A DNA stretch of 62,466 bases, counting the filler, from a bacterium (GTDB lineage Bacteria > JALSQH01): assembly GCA_027004335.1 (NCBI GenBank). It is 11 parts of 11 records of this genome, joined end to end, with 100 filler letters (N's around TTAATTAATTAA, not from the genome) between each part and the next. Parts side by side here need not be neighbours in the genome. Positions count along the whole stretch, not along the records: positions 24,965 to 31,060 come from JALTID010000244.1; positions 31,161 to 37,238 come from JALTID010000245.1; positions 37,339 to 39,290 come from JALTID010000246.1; 8 more parts are not named here. The stretch is one strand, 5' to 3'. This document shows, piece by piece, positions 27,847 to 37,597 of this stretch. The number at the start of each line of letters is the position of its first letter. Positions within the stretch are counted from its first letter, which is position 1. Under the pieces are notes generated by a model that ran no database searches, was not told the DNA's origin, and saw nothing but the letters and a program-made list of their open reading frames with translations. A program made the position numbers and the translations under genes.

Positions 27847-29808
27847 TCACCACTTACTGTTAATGTTTAAAAGTTCTCTGAAATCAAAGAGATGATATTC
27901 ATTATCTGCGGCATTTTTCCATTGATCCCCGGTGCCTGTTTCATAGGCAATTTTTACTCTTAAGGCAGTTAAATCGTATGCGACTGAAATAACATTACAG
28001 CAGTGCATTGCAGCCCAGCTGGCAATATTTGCACCTTCATCCAGTCCTATTTTTATAGGTTTTCCATTGTTGTCAGGTACTATGATTTTTTCTTTTCCTG
28101 TTATATCATCAGTTCCTGCATATGTGACTCCGTGGGAGTAGGCGTATATAGCGTGGTACATTCTCATATATCTTTTCCTATAGGATCCTCCGTGGGATGT
28201 AAGTCTCTGGAGATTTTGAATGACCTTCCCATTATCATAGTCCCATGGGCCATTGGAGGCTGTTTGCCACATTCTCATTCCGTTCATCATCATTTCGTCA
28301 CCCCGATAAACTGCGCATTTAATAGGCTTACCGATGACAAGAGAAACACCGCCAGGATAATATATCCATTTACCTCTTGCGGTATCAAATTTTAATGGTT
28401 TTGTTATGGGAACCATATATGGAGCGGGGATCTCTGTTACCTGTCCTGGGTATCTGGAATTTTCCACCATTATTTCTACAGCCTGTCCTTCGTAATTTAC
28501 GAGAAATGGATGATCCTTATGAGTTAAGATCTGAAAAACTTTTCCATCAAGATTAAATTCAAATAGCTTTGCGTCCACGGAGCAATCAGGTTTTCTTCTG
28601 TACATGCCGGTAAAAGCTCCATTGTTTTCAAAATTTGCTACCCCGGCATTGGTACCATCACTATTCGGGTCCCCATAAGCTATCATCCAGTTGTACCCGA
28701 TAGTTGGAGGTCTATTAAACCCGTCTCCTACATTGTTTGCTACAAACTTTATTGCCTCATCAAGATCGTGAGCCTTTTCAAGGATCTCTCTAAATTTCAA
28801 GACCCATGGCTCACCGTAGAGTCTTTCAAGAATTCCTCCTGATCCCACTTCTCCCAGACCTATTCCTTCTTCATTGAGTCCGGCAATTGCTCCGATAAAG
28901 CCGATATATCCAATGGTCATGTGTGGTATCTCATTATTGGGTGCCCATATTGTAAGAGCTTTGAATTTTGCTATCCCGCTACCATTGCTCCAGTCAAGAT
29001 TTCTGCTTGCTATGAGATGATGATCCTCTGTCAGATAATTGTATGCTGTGAAAAAACTGCAGTGGTGTGAGAAGATGGAGGGGATTTGAAGATTCTCAAG
29101 TCCCTGTGTTTTTATCTGGCTGATAATCTTTTCAGCAGCCGGTGAGAGAGTTTCACCTGTTATTCCATAATATTCTTTTAATTTCTCAGAATATCCACTA
29201 CCTATAACTTTAACCATATTTATAAGATCCCCGCTGATATCCGAAATATTACTTATTGCAATTACTCTTTTTATCATTGTTGCAAAATCCACTGAGGTGT
29301 CTGAGTAATATTTCCCATTGACCCAGTATGCATTTATGTAACCTGAGTCTCTTGCGGCATCGTTTATTCCTCTTATTTCATTTTTAAATTCATTGGGGAC
29401 ATATGGTTCCATTTTTTCCCAAGCTTCATCAAGGATCATTCCAAATAGTGTATTGATAATCCCCAGACTAACATTTATACCTCTTTCCACCTGTCCTGCT
29501 TCACTGCTAAGATAATTAATAAAAGTCCACCATATTCCAGGGATCATGCTCCCTACAAGTTTCCCATACTGATAACCCATCTGATAGTGGGTGCCTGATA
29601 CCTCTATTATATAAACAGGCCCATAAGATGTATTAATTTCTCCAAGATAGGCTTTTCCATAGGTTTTAAGTATCTTTAAATTATCCCCTGTTGATAATTT
29701 CACATTTTTGGGTATATTGTTTTCTGAGGCTTTCTTTTCCTTGCAACCCCATAGGGTGATTGCAAAAAGAAGAATTACAAGAATTGATGTGGTTTTTTTA
29801 AAATTCAT
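27847..29808 (-). CDS. C45 / acid-ceramidase(NAAA)-like Ntn-hydrolase lipoprotein
   Basis: Lipobox LWGC, G..YQMGYQYG, EI.GI..A, H|CSFF autoproteolysis site, SRNLDW, G.NEEGI. Confidence 0.78.
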   Translation of the reverse strand: MNFKKTTSILVILLFAITLWGCKEKKASENNIPKNVKLSTGDNLKILKTYGKAYLGEINTSYGPVYIIEVSGTHYQMGYQYGKLVGSMIPGIWWTFINYLSSEAGQVERGINVSLGIINTLFGMILDEAWEKMEPYVPNEFKNEIRGINDAARDSGYINAYWVNGKYYSDTSVDFATMIKRVIAISNISDISGDLINMVKVIGSGYSEKLKEYYGITGETLSPAAEKIISQIKTQGLENLQIPSIFSHHCSFFTAYNYLTEDHHLIASRNLDWSNGSGIAKFKALTIWAPNNEIPHMTIGYIGFIGAIAGLNEEGIGLGEVGSGGILERLYGEPWVLKFREILEKAHDLDEAIKFVANNVGDGFNRPPTIGYNWMIAYGDPNSDGTNAGVANFENNGAFTGMYRRKPDCSVDAKLFEFNLDGKVFQILTHKDHPFLVNYEGQAVEIMVENSRYPGQVTEIPAPYMVPITKPLKFDTARGKWIYYPGGVSLVIGKPIKCAVYRGDEMMMNGMRMWQTASNGPWDYDNGKVIQNLQRLTSHGGSYRKRYMRMYHAIYAYSHGVTYAGTDDITGKEKIIVPDNNGKPIKIGLDEGANIASWAAMHCCNVISVAYDLTALRVKIAYETGTGDQWKNAADNEYHLFDFRELLNINSKW

Positions 29809-29834
29809 AAAAAATCCTCCATTATTTTATTTGA

Positions 29835-29863
29835 ATAATATCTAAAAAATTGCGGAAGTTCAA
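29835..29863 (-). promoter_or_regulatory. sigma70-type promoter
   Basis: TTGAAC-17 bp-TATTAT upstream of 29808. Confidence 0.5.
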
Positions 29864-29952
29864 GATTTTTGTTTAACTGAACTGCTAAAATATTTTTATG
29901 AACAGTTCCAGTTAGAAGGGGAGAGATAGTAAATTTATGAGGTTTTTTCCTT

Positions 29953-30666
29953 TTATTGTTCAAAGGTGAAGTTTGTTCCAACTCTTCCAGGTAGATAGAT
30001 AGAGGGATATTTTTTCTTCAAAAATTCTCTTGCATAATCACCACTGCAATGAACCGGAGCGATTTTTTTGGCCCCCATCTTTATCAGAGCAAGGATGGTT
30101 CTTTCTACCTTCTGGCGCGGAGAAGATAGAAGGTGAAAGCCACCAATTACTGCAAATAGCTTTTTCCCTGTATCCTTAACAGCCCTCTCTGCCAGTTTAT
30201 CTGCTCCAGGGTGACTGCATCCCACAAGGAGGATTAATCCTTTGTTTGTTACCATTGCGAGTGCTTCTTCAACAGGTGGTCCATAAAGAGGAGCAGTGAT
30301 AAAGATTCCTTTTTTTATTTCTGTAGTTCTGGAAATTTCTATGATTTTTCCTCCCCATTGCGCTATCCTGTTCTCAACGATCTTTGATCCCCCGTGGGGA
30401 TAGTAGATGAGAGGGTGTTTCTGGAGAGAAAAAATGTAGGGAAGGCCTCCTGTATGGTCAAAGTGCTCATGAGAAATAGCAACGAATTCAATTTTTGAAA
30501 GATCTATGCCAAGTTTATTGGCATTGTATTTAAGTGCGGCGGGATCTGGACCTGTGTCCCAGAGAAAAGGGATTGAGCCGTATTTTACAAAGACACTGAG
30601 TCCCCATGGGCTTTTTAAACCCGGGGCAGGATGGTTATCTACAAGAAGCGTTATGTAAATTTTCAC
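29953..30666 (-). CDS. MBL-fold metallo-hydrolase (MJ0448/dihydropteroate-synthase-like subgroup)
   Basis: WGLS, DTG, SHEHFDHTGGL, GCSHPG, GGFHL, HCSG. Confidence 0.85.
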   Translation of the reverse strand: MKIYITLLVDNHPAPGLKSPWGLSVFVKYGSIPFLWDTGPDPAALKYNANKLGIDLSKIEFVAISHEHFDHTGGLPYIFSLQKHPLIYYPHGGSKIVENRIAQWGGKIIEISRTTEIKKGIFITAPLYGPPVEEALAMVTNKGLILLVGCSHPGADKLAERAVKDTGKKLFAVIGGFHLLSSPRQKVERTILALIKMGAKKIAPVHCSGDYAREFLKKKYPSIYLPGRVGTNFTFEQ

Positions 30667-30747
30667 ATAATTATTTTAGCACAAAAATTTTGTAATGAGG
30701 CAATAAAATGAGTATAATTTTTTGTAACTTCATGCTAAAAAAGGAGG

Positions 30748-31060
30748 GTGAAAATGGAAGTGGGCATTATTAACAACCTGAATGCTAAAAAGAATCACAA
30801 AAAGAAATTAACAAAGAATATTCTTCAGCCGGTTATTGGTGATTTGGGGGAGGTAAAGGATACCAGAACCTTTGGAGAAATGGAAAAAGCCCTGGATGAG
30901 TTTAAAAAAAAAGGTGTAAAGATCCTCGGGGTAAGTGGGGGTGATGGGACAGCCCAGCGAGTAATCACGGCCTGGATAAAGAAATTTGGTGAGGAATCAA
31001 TGCCGCGGATTCTCCTTCTTGCAGGTGGTGCAACTGATGCAATTATTCATGCAATAGGAC
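30748..31060 (+). CDS. Diacylglycerol-kinase catalytic-domain protein (3' truncated)
   Basis: I.N..A, GGDGT nucleotide-binding motif, L.GG.T. Confidence 0.75.
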
Positions 31061-31160
31061 NNNNNNNNNNNNNNNNNNNNNNNNNNNNNNNNNNNNNNNN
31101 NNNNTTAATTAATTAANNNNNNNNNNNNNNNNNNNNNNNNNNNNNNNNNNNNNNNNNNNN
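31061..31160. other. Artificial contig spacer
   Basis: N-run / TTAATTAATTAA / N-run. Confidence 0.98.
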
Positions 31161-31521
31161 TCCTTTGACTTCTGAATCTTTAACCTAATTAATCTGGCAA
31201 GAGCTGAGTTTGGCTGAAGGGAAAGGATTTTTAAATATGCAAGCATAGCGTTTTGATATCTTTCCTGTAACTCATAAATACCCCCCCAGATTATACCAAG
31301 CGTAGGAAAAATCAGGATTTATTTTTATAGCCTTCCTATACGCTTTAAGTGCCTTGTCATACTGCTTTAAATTATAATAACATACACCAAGATTGTAAAA
31401 AGCATCTAACGATAAGCAGGATTATCAGGGAATTGTTCAATAAGCCGCTGATATTTCAAGAAGAGAGGATTCTGGGCTAACAACAGTTTAGAAAAAAATA
31501 AAAAATTTCTCTCATATCCAC
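31161..31521 (-). pseudogene. Frameshifted TPR-repeat gene
   Basis: Fragments in different frames: ..LIEQFPDNPAYR*, DAFYNLGVCYYNLKQYDKALKAYRKAIKINPDFSYAWYNLG, then GIYELQERYQNAMLAYLKILSLQP after a G7 tract. Confidence 0.65.
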
Positions 31522-32409
31522 TTACAGATACCCGTAATCTTTAAGCCACTCTACAGCTAAGTTATATTTTTCGCTTCCTCGTTGAACTATTTTAGCGAGA
31601 TAATAATCACTTATCAATCTCTTTTGGTGGAAAAATATCGCCAATTGTTCGCTATTCCGGTATTGAACCACAGGGAGAGTTTGCGAAGTCACAAACTCCC
31701 CTTTTGAAAGGTAAATAAAAATGTATTTAATTCTTACATCTCCATTGAATTCCCTTATTAACTTCAGAAGTGCATCAAGATATTTTACATCAACCCCGGC
31801 ACCCAGAAGGAGATCAGCAGCCTTAAAAACAGGTGGATTTTCTTCCACAATTTTTTTAAACAAAAGATAAATGGAAAGATCGCTCTCAGTATCATCTCCT
31901 AAGAGAATAATATTATTATCTCTGGACTTAATTAGATTTATAAGAGAGAATAATGCAAAAAGCTTATATGTTACCTGACTTTTTAATTGCTTAAATTCCA
32001 TCTTTTTTAAAAGAATATCCTGGTCCTTCATGACAATTCCATCATATTCAACACCATCTCTGATCATCTTACTTGTAAGGGGAGAATAGATAAAAGGTGG
32101 GGATGCGGTAATAAAAAAAAGAGGTGTAAGAGCTGGAGAGCTCCCGGTTCCATATCGTAGAGCCTGATAAATGAGATTCATCTTCTCAATGGTGACTTTA
32201 TCCACTGCCACCTCAAATGGAATCCAGAGAAGTCCTTTTAAAGATTCAAAATCAGTATTAAGATAGGTTTTATCCACATCGCTTATTATAATTTTTGACC
32301 TTTTATGGATACTCTTTCTTTCAAGAAAAATTGTGAGAGGGTAATAATCTGGCTTAACTACTTCAGGTAAATTGTTTTTTCGGGTCCCCCTATATCCTTT
32401 AAGAAACAT
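31522..32409 (-). CDS. HAD-like phosphatase, App1/LNS2 (phosphatidate phosphatase)-like
   Basis: ISDVDKTY (DxDxT), FITASP, YK, LLGDDTESD. Confidence 0.65.
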   Translation of the reverse strand: MFLKGYRGTRKNNLPEVVKPDYYPLTIFLERKSIHKRSKIIISDVDKTYLNTDFESLKGLLWIPFEVAVDKVTIEKMNLIYQALRYGTGSSPALTPLFFITASPPFIYSPLTSKMIRDGVEYDGIVMKDQDILLKKMEFKQLKSQVTYKLFALFSLINLIKSRDNNIILLGDDTESDLSIYLLFKKIVEENPPVFKAADLLLGAGVDVKYLDALLKLIREFNGDVRIKYIFIYLSKGEFVTSQTLPVVQYRNSEQLAIFFHQKRLISDYYLAKIVQRGSEKYNLAVEWLKDYGYL

Positions 32410-33391
32410 TTATTAACCTTTCAATAGCTTTATCCACCGAAACTCCTCCGTAAATCACATTATGCGCTGCTTTTAAAAGTGGAAGTGCTACACCATGCAT
32501 TCTGGAATATTCAAACATAACTTCAGTAGCATAGATACCTTCAACAGTTTGATTTATCTTTTCCAAGGCTTCATCTACCCGCAATCCTTCTGCCAGAGCT
32601 TTGCCAAAACGAAAATTTCTGCTGTACTGGCTGGTGCAGGTAGCTATCAGATCCCCAATTCCTGCAAGGGTAATAAAAGTCTCAGGTTTTGCTCCCATCG
32701 CTTTTCCTAAGAGATTCATCTCCTGTAGCCCTTCTGTCATAAGGTATGAAAAGGTATTTACACCAAAACTCATCCCATGAGCAATGCCAGAAGCAATTGC
32801 AACCACATTCTTAAAAGCACCTGCTATCTCTACCCCTATTACATCATAACTGCTGTAGATATTGAAAAGCCGATGGTTTAACAGGGACTTAACCTTTGTG
32901 ATCACCCTGTCAAATCTGGAAGCCACTATCGTGGCTGAGGGATGACCCTGCATTATTTCCTCAGCAATATTTGGACCGGAAATAACTCCTACTTTCTTCA
33001 CAGGCGTTTCTTCTTTAAGAATAGCAGACATCGTTCTGTATGTTTTTTCCTCAACTCCTTTTGTAGCAGAAATAAGAATATGTTCTCCTGTTACAAAATT
33101 TCCCAGCCTCCCCACAATTTCTCTAAAAACCTTGGAGGGTACCACGACAAATATCACCGTGGAATTATCTGCCACCTCTGCCATACTATCGGTAGCTTTT
33201 ATAAAGGAAGAAAGCTTATAATCGGGGAAATACCTCTTATTTATATGCTCACTGTTTATTGACTTAATTACCTCTTTATTCCTTGTCCAGACAATAACCC
33301 TGTGTTTATTCCGCGCCAAAAGCTGGGAAATTGTTGTACCCCAGCTTCCACCGCCGATAACTCCCACTGTCTCACTCTTTTTTACCATCAT
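32399..33391 (-). CDS. gpsA: NAD(P)H-dependent glycerol-3-phosphate dehydrogenase
   Basis: GGGSWGT, ATKG, SGPNIAEE, GAFKNV, GIGDLIATC, SRN, EG. Confidence 0.93.
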   Translation of the reverse strand: MMVKKSETVGVIGGGSWGTTISQLLARNKHRVIVWTRNKEVIKSINSEHINKRYFPDYKLSSFIKATDSMAEVADNSTVIFVVVPSKVFREIVGRLGNFVTGEHILISATKGVEEKTYRTMSAILKEETPVKKVGVISGPNIAEEIMQGHPSATIVASRFDRVITKVKSLLNHRLFNIYSSYDVIGVEIAGAFKNVVAIASGIAHGMSFGVNTFSYLMTEGLQEMNLLGKAMGAKPETFITLAGIGDLIATCTSQYSRNFRFGKALAEGLRVDEALEKINQTVEGIYATEVMFEYSRMHGVALPLLKAAHNVIYGGVSVDKAIERLINVS

Positions 33392-33392
33392 C

Positions 33393-34985
33393 TTATATTA
33401 ATTTCTCCAGTTCATATCCATCAAGCCTATTATGATAATAAAATAAAACAGCAAGATCATCGGAATAAATCTTATCACCAACACGATAGAGAAAAGCTTT
33501 TTTATGATATATGCTTCCATACCTAAGTGCATCATTTATAATATCAAGAGCATTACTCTCAAGCACCTCGGGACTGAGAAAGATCTCGTTCCTTTCATGC
33601 AACTCAACAAGCCTTTGCTTAACTTTTTCCACAACAGAAGCTAAGTCTTTAATAGGAATGCCTTTGTAGGTTACTCCAATTTTAACGAGTTTGTATAGAT
33701 CCATATCTGCATGATATCTCAGGAAAAGCTCAAAGGCAGCAAATGAGGTTAAATGGTTTGTAAGAATTATGTTATTCCTTTTAAACTCTTTCAAAATAGT
33801 AGAGGAGAGTTCATCAGTATAAACTTTGTCACGCTGGTCATCAAGAACAACCTCCCCTTTCTCAATAATATAATCTATTCGGTCCACTCTTCTGCCCTTG
33901 GGATCATAGGAAATTCCATTTTCGTCAACATAATTACCAAATACATCTATGGGGCGCCCAACTCTAAGATATATCTGCGAATCAAGAGAAAATAGCTTGG
34001 AAATAAACAGTGCGATCTTTTCTGCCTGACTTGACTCATCATCCTCAATGATATACCTTGATTTTCCACTTTCTCTGAGAAAATCATCAATAAGTGTTTC
34101 AGCTTCAAGAACTAATTGATATGACATATTTAACGGAACAACGAAAATATCAGGTTTTTCTTTCTCCATCAAGATATTGTTAATATAAGCCTTTAGAGAA
34201 GTTCCCAGCAGTCCTCTTTTTAATTTCTTTTCCACTGCACCACTTCTGCTTCTGGTACCCCCAGGGAAAAAGAGCATATTATATCCTCTTTCAAGAGCAA
34301 AAGTGGCATAAGTCTTCAATGTATAAAGATAAACTTCATTCTTCTTCTTTCTATCAACTGTATATGCTCCTAAGTTGTGCATAAAAAAACTAAAAATTGG
34401 ATTCTCAAAAAGATTGAGCCCGGCGCCATAGAGGAAAGGAGCAAAATCCATAAGATAGATGGCAAGTCCTATTATGGGGGAATCCAGGTTACTCTGGTGG
34501 GTGGGAGCCATAACAATTGTTGCCTTCTGGTATAATGCTTTTAAAGTTTCTAATTCCCCCAAAAGATGAATATTACTCTCCACAGAGGGGAGAGTGGGAA
34601 ATTCCTCTAATAATTTCTTTATTGAGAGGGGATTCAGCATTAATCCAATTGCTCTGGGTAACACGATAGTGGCAAGTTTATAAACTGGCTTGCTAAAATG
34701 TCCCGTTATCTCATTTACATATCTACTTACAAGTTGCTCAAATATATCCTTCTTCTCTTCTTCCGTTCCTCTATTGAGAATCCTATTTAAATTCTTAAGG
34801 AAAACAATATCAGATTTTACACGCCGGTTGAATTTTTCATCTTTTACCCTTCTCTTTTCAAGATAAAGGGTATCACTTAAGATTTCCTCAATAGTCACTT
34901 CACCTTTTTTGATCTTCTCATAAAAATAGTCAGATACGCGGGCAGGTACTTCTATTTTGGCTATTTTTATATCAGCATCATACAT
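33393..34985 (-). CDS. Glycerol-3-phosphate acyltransferase (PlsB/GPAT-like)
   Basis: PTHQSNLD (HxxxxD), AGLNL, LGAYTVDR, FFPGGTRSRSG, K.GLL. Confidence 0.82.
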   Translation of the reverse strand: MYDADIKIAKIEVPARVSDYFYEKIKKGEVTIEEILSDTLYLEKRRVKDEKFNRRVKSDIVFLKNLNRILNRGTEEEKKDIFEQLVSRYVNEITGHFSKPVYKLATIVLPRAIGLMLNPLSIKKLLEEFPTLPSVESNIHLLGELETLKALYQKATIVMAPTHQSNLDSPIIGLAIYLMDFAPFLYGAGLNLFENPIFSFFMHNLGAYTVDRKKKNEVYLYTLKTYATFALERGYNMLFFPGGTRSRSGAVEKKLKRGLLGTSLKAYINNILMEKEKPDIFVVPLNMSYQLVLEAETLIDDFLRESGKSRYIIEDDESSQAEKIALFISKLFSLDSQIYLRVGRPIDVFGNYVDENGISYDPKGRRVDRIDYIIEKGEVVLDDQRDKVYTDELSSTILKEFKRNNIILTNHLTSFAAFELFLRYHADMDLYKLVKIGVTYKGIPIKDLASVVEKVKQRLVELHERNEIFLSPEVLESNALDIINDALRYGSIYHKKAFLYRVGDKIYSDDLAVLFYYHNRLDGYELEKLI

Positions 34986-35027
34986 GATAATAAATATTAT
35001 AACACGATCTATGGCATTTGAGAAGTC

Positions 35028-35609
35028 TTACATGATATCGGGAAGTCTCACAATGTTTCTCAGGATCTTAACCTCTTCATCTGTAAGATTATCAAAATAA
35101 AGAACCGGGGTTCTGAACTTCTGTATTCTCCTGTGATTTTCATCAACAGGGATTAGCAGCCTAAAACCCTCCATGAGATGCATATCACTCCAACGAATCA
35201 AAACAGGTTCATCATTTGCAAGGGCAAAACTGGAGGCTCTATTAATATCACCGTGAAAGAAAACAACCTCTGGATCGGGAAGGAGTTCCTTTATTTCATT
35301 TTCAATACCCTCTTCTTCAATATAAGTGTTGATCCTAACATGTTCAAGATCTTCATATCTTATGACTGCTTCGCTCCGGAACTTGACTAAAGTGAGACCA
35401 TCAATAAGGATTAATTCCTTCCATTCTCCAGGGTAACTTTCCAGATAAAGTCTCCTGTCAATGATAATTCCATCAACAAATTTTCTTTCAAGGGCTTTAA
35501 TCGCCTGGTCTTCATCAGCTAAAAGATGAAATTCAAAGAATGTCTCATTTTCTTTTATATACCATCTCATGGGAGGAATAATGCCAATAGGAACCATCAC
35601 TACCCTCAC
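35028..35609 (-). CDS. Hypothetical protein
   Basis: 193-aa ORF with host-like codon usage; no confident motif. Confidence 0.6.
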   Translation of the reverse strand: MRVVMVPIGIIPPMRWYIKENETFFEFHLLADEDQAIKALERKFVDGIIIDRRLYLESYPGEWKELILIDGLTLVKFRSEAVIRYEDLEHVRINTYIEEEGIENEIKELLPDPEVVFFHGDINRASSFALANDEPVLIRWSDMHLMEGFRLLIPVDENHRRIQKFRTPVLYFDNLTDEEVKILRNIVRLPDIM

Positions 35610-35610
35610 A

Positions 35611-35643
35611 AGAAAAGAAGAAGGGGGGACCCCCCTTCTTCTT
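35611..35643 (-). terminator. Intrinsic terminator after trpB2
   Basis: 13-bp perfect stem AAGAAGAAGGGGG / CCCCCTTCTTCTT with a 3-nt loop and a T-rich tail on the minus strand. Confidence 0.7.
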
Positions 35644-36994
35644 ACTCAACTTTTGGAATTCTTTGAAGAGCTTCTTTAACCTTCTCTTCTGGATACTCGT
35701 AATCAGCGAGTTTACCTGAAAGATATGCGTCGTAAGCAGCTAAATCAAGAAGTCCATGCCCTGAGAAATTAAATAGAATAACTCTTTTTTTACCTTCTTC
35801 TTTCGCCTTCAATGCTTCATCAATAGCAACTGCTATCGCATGATTGGTCTCTGGAGCAGGAATAAATCCCTCAGTTCTTGAAAAGATCATTGCTGCTTCA
35901 AAAACCTTCATCTGATGAAGAGCAACAGCTTCCATCAAACCTTCCTTTACAAGTAAACTGATTATGGGAGAATCACCATGATATCTGAGTCCACCAGCAT
36001 GGATTCCCGGAGGAATAAAATCATGACCAAGGGTAAACATCTTAATTAGAGGTGTCATCTGTGCCACATCCCCGAAGTCATAAGTGTAAACCCCTTTGGT
36101 AAGAGTTGGACAGGAAGAAGGTTCTGCTGCAATTGCCCTCACTTCCTTCCCCGCAAATTTATCAGCAAGAAAAGGAAATGAAATTCCACCCAGGTTACTC
36201 CCTCCACCACATGGAGCTATAACAACATCGGGATATTCACCAGCTATTTCCATCTGCTTTTTCGCTTCAAGTCCAACAACAGTCTGATGCATCAAAACAT
36301 GATTCAAGACACTGCCAAGTGCGTACTTTGTATCATCCCTGCTAACAGCATCTTCCACCGCCTCGCTGATGGCTATTCCCAGTGAACCTGGATTATCCGG
36401 ATCCTGTGCAAGAATCTTTCTTCCTGATTCAGTTTTATCGGTGGGACTCGGATAAACATTGGCACCCCAGGTTTCTATCATCACTCTTCTGTAAGGTTTC
36501 TGCTCATAGCTTACTTTAACCATATAGACCATAACTTCAAGCCCTAACATCTTTCCTGCAAAAGCAAGAGCAGAACCCCACTGGCCTGCACCGGTCTCAG
36601 TTGTTAACCTTTTTACCCCTTCCTTTTTGTTGTAATAGGCCTGAGTAACAGCAGTGTTTGGTTTATGGCTTCCAGGAGGACTTGCTGCCTCAAATTTGTA
36701 ATAAATATGAGCAGGCGTCTGGAGATACTCTTCAAGCCTTTTGGCCCTGTAAAGGGGGGTGGGTCTCCACAATCTGAATATTTCCCTCACCTCTTCAGGG
36801 ATATCGATCCATCTTTGAGTACTCACCTCCTGTTCAATAAGCGACATCGGGAAAATAGGAGACAGATCTTCGGGGCCAACTGGTTTTTTTGTAACCGGAT
36901 GGAGAGGGGGAGGTAACGGAACTGGCAAATCAGCAAGAATATTGTACCATTGCTTGGGAATTTCACTTTCTGGAAGAGTAATTTTGTTATCCAT
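35642..36994 (-). CDS. trpB2: Tryptophan synthase beta chain 2 (stand-alone TrpB-like)
   Basis: [19 protein letters not shown] (PLP Lys), [39 protein letters not shown]. Confidence 0.93.
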   Translation of the reverse strand: MDNKITLPESEIPKQWYNILADLPVPLPPPLHPVTKKPVGPEDLSPIFPMSLIEQEVSTQRWIDIPEEVREIFRLWRPTPLYRAKRLEEYLQTPAHIYYKFEAASPPGSHKPNTAVTQAYYNKKEGVKRLTTETGAGQWGSALAFAGKMLGLEVMVYMVKVSYEQKPYRRVMIETWGANVYPSPTDKTESGRKILAQDPDNPGSLGIAISEAVEDAVSRDDTKYALGSVLNHVLMHQTVVGLEAKKQMEIAGEYPDVVIAPCGGGSNLGGISFPFLADKFAGKEVRAIAAEPSSCPTLTKGVYTYDFGDVAQMTPLIKMFTLGHDFIPPGIHAGGLRYHGDSPIISLLVKEGLMEAVALHQMKVFEAAMIFSRTEGFIPAPETNHAIAVAIDEALKAKEEGKKRVILFNFSGHGLLDLAAYDAYLSGKLADYEYPEEKVKEALQRIPKVE

Positions 36995-37236
36995 GGATTC
37001 CTCCTCTTATCAGATTTTGCTTGTAATTTAAACATATTATCCGTATCTGTCAAGTGTTTTATTTTACGCCATGCTTCACCAACAATATAATGAGAACCGG
37101 TTATACAAATCACGGAATTATCCTGTTTCGTTGCTAACGCCTTTTCTACACCCAAGGCGACGGAATTTTCCGTCGAAACAGGCAATCCATTCACTGCAAA
37201 TTCTTTTGCAATTTTATCTTTATCGAGTGCTCTTGA
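36823..37236 (-). CDS. folC: FolC (folylpolyglutamate/dihydrofolate synthase) C-terminal fragment, 5' truncated, with no stop before trpB2
   Basis: [10 protein letters not shown]...VEKALA...[12 protein letters not shown]. The frame runs on into trpB2 until 36823. Confidence 0.65.
   Translation of the reverse strand, partial: SRALDKDKIAKEFAVNGLPVSTENSVALGVEKALATKQDNSVICITGSHYIVGEAWRKIKHLTDTDNMFKLQAKSDKRRNPWITKLLFQKVKFPSNGTIFLLICQFRYLPLSIRLQKNQLAPKICLLFSRCRLLNRR
37025..37053 (-). promoter_or_regulatory. sigma70-type promoter of trpB2
   Basis: TTGACA-17 bp-TAAATT. Confidence 0.6.
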
Positions 37237-37238
37237 TG

Positions 37239-37338
37239 NNNNNNNNNNNNNNNNNNNNNNNNNNNNNNNNNNNNNNNNNNNNTTAATTAATTAANNNNNN
37301 NNNNNNNNNNNNNNNNNNNNNNNNNNNNNNNNNNNNNN
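37239..37338. other. Artificial contig spacer
   Basis: N-run / TTAATTAATTAA / N-run. Confidence 0.98.
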
Positions 37339-37497
37339 TGCTTTCCTCATCTTCTTTCCTTCGGATCAACTTTACTATATCAAATAACAGTCTTTGCCCT
37401 TCTTCTATTGCATTCATATCGTATTGTTCTATTGGTCTAAAATTTAAGTTATATTTATCACAGAAATCTTTAAGATCTGGGTTTTTATGGTAAAACT
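37339..37497 (-). pseudogene. Remnant resembling the C-terminus of a GmrSD (DUF262-DUF1524) protein
   Basis: FYHKNPDLKDFCDKYNLNFRPIEQYDMNAIEEGQRLLFDIVKLI, preceded by an in-frame stop; no start codon upstream of the similar segment. Confidence 0.35.
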
Positions 37498-37597
37498 ATC
37501 TTATATTTTTAAGTTTTTAACATCCTAATTTTCTATTAAAGGTGATTTTCAGACTCCCTCTTTTATGTTATTATTAACAACTGTAAAGGTAATTGCT

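Noticed and set aside
37158-37175. Inverted repeat CGACGGAA-tt-TTCCGTCG
   Set aside because: Single short palindrome inside coding sequence with no U-tract; likely chance.
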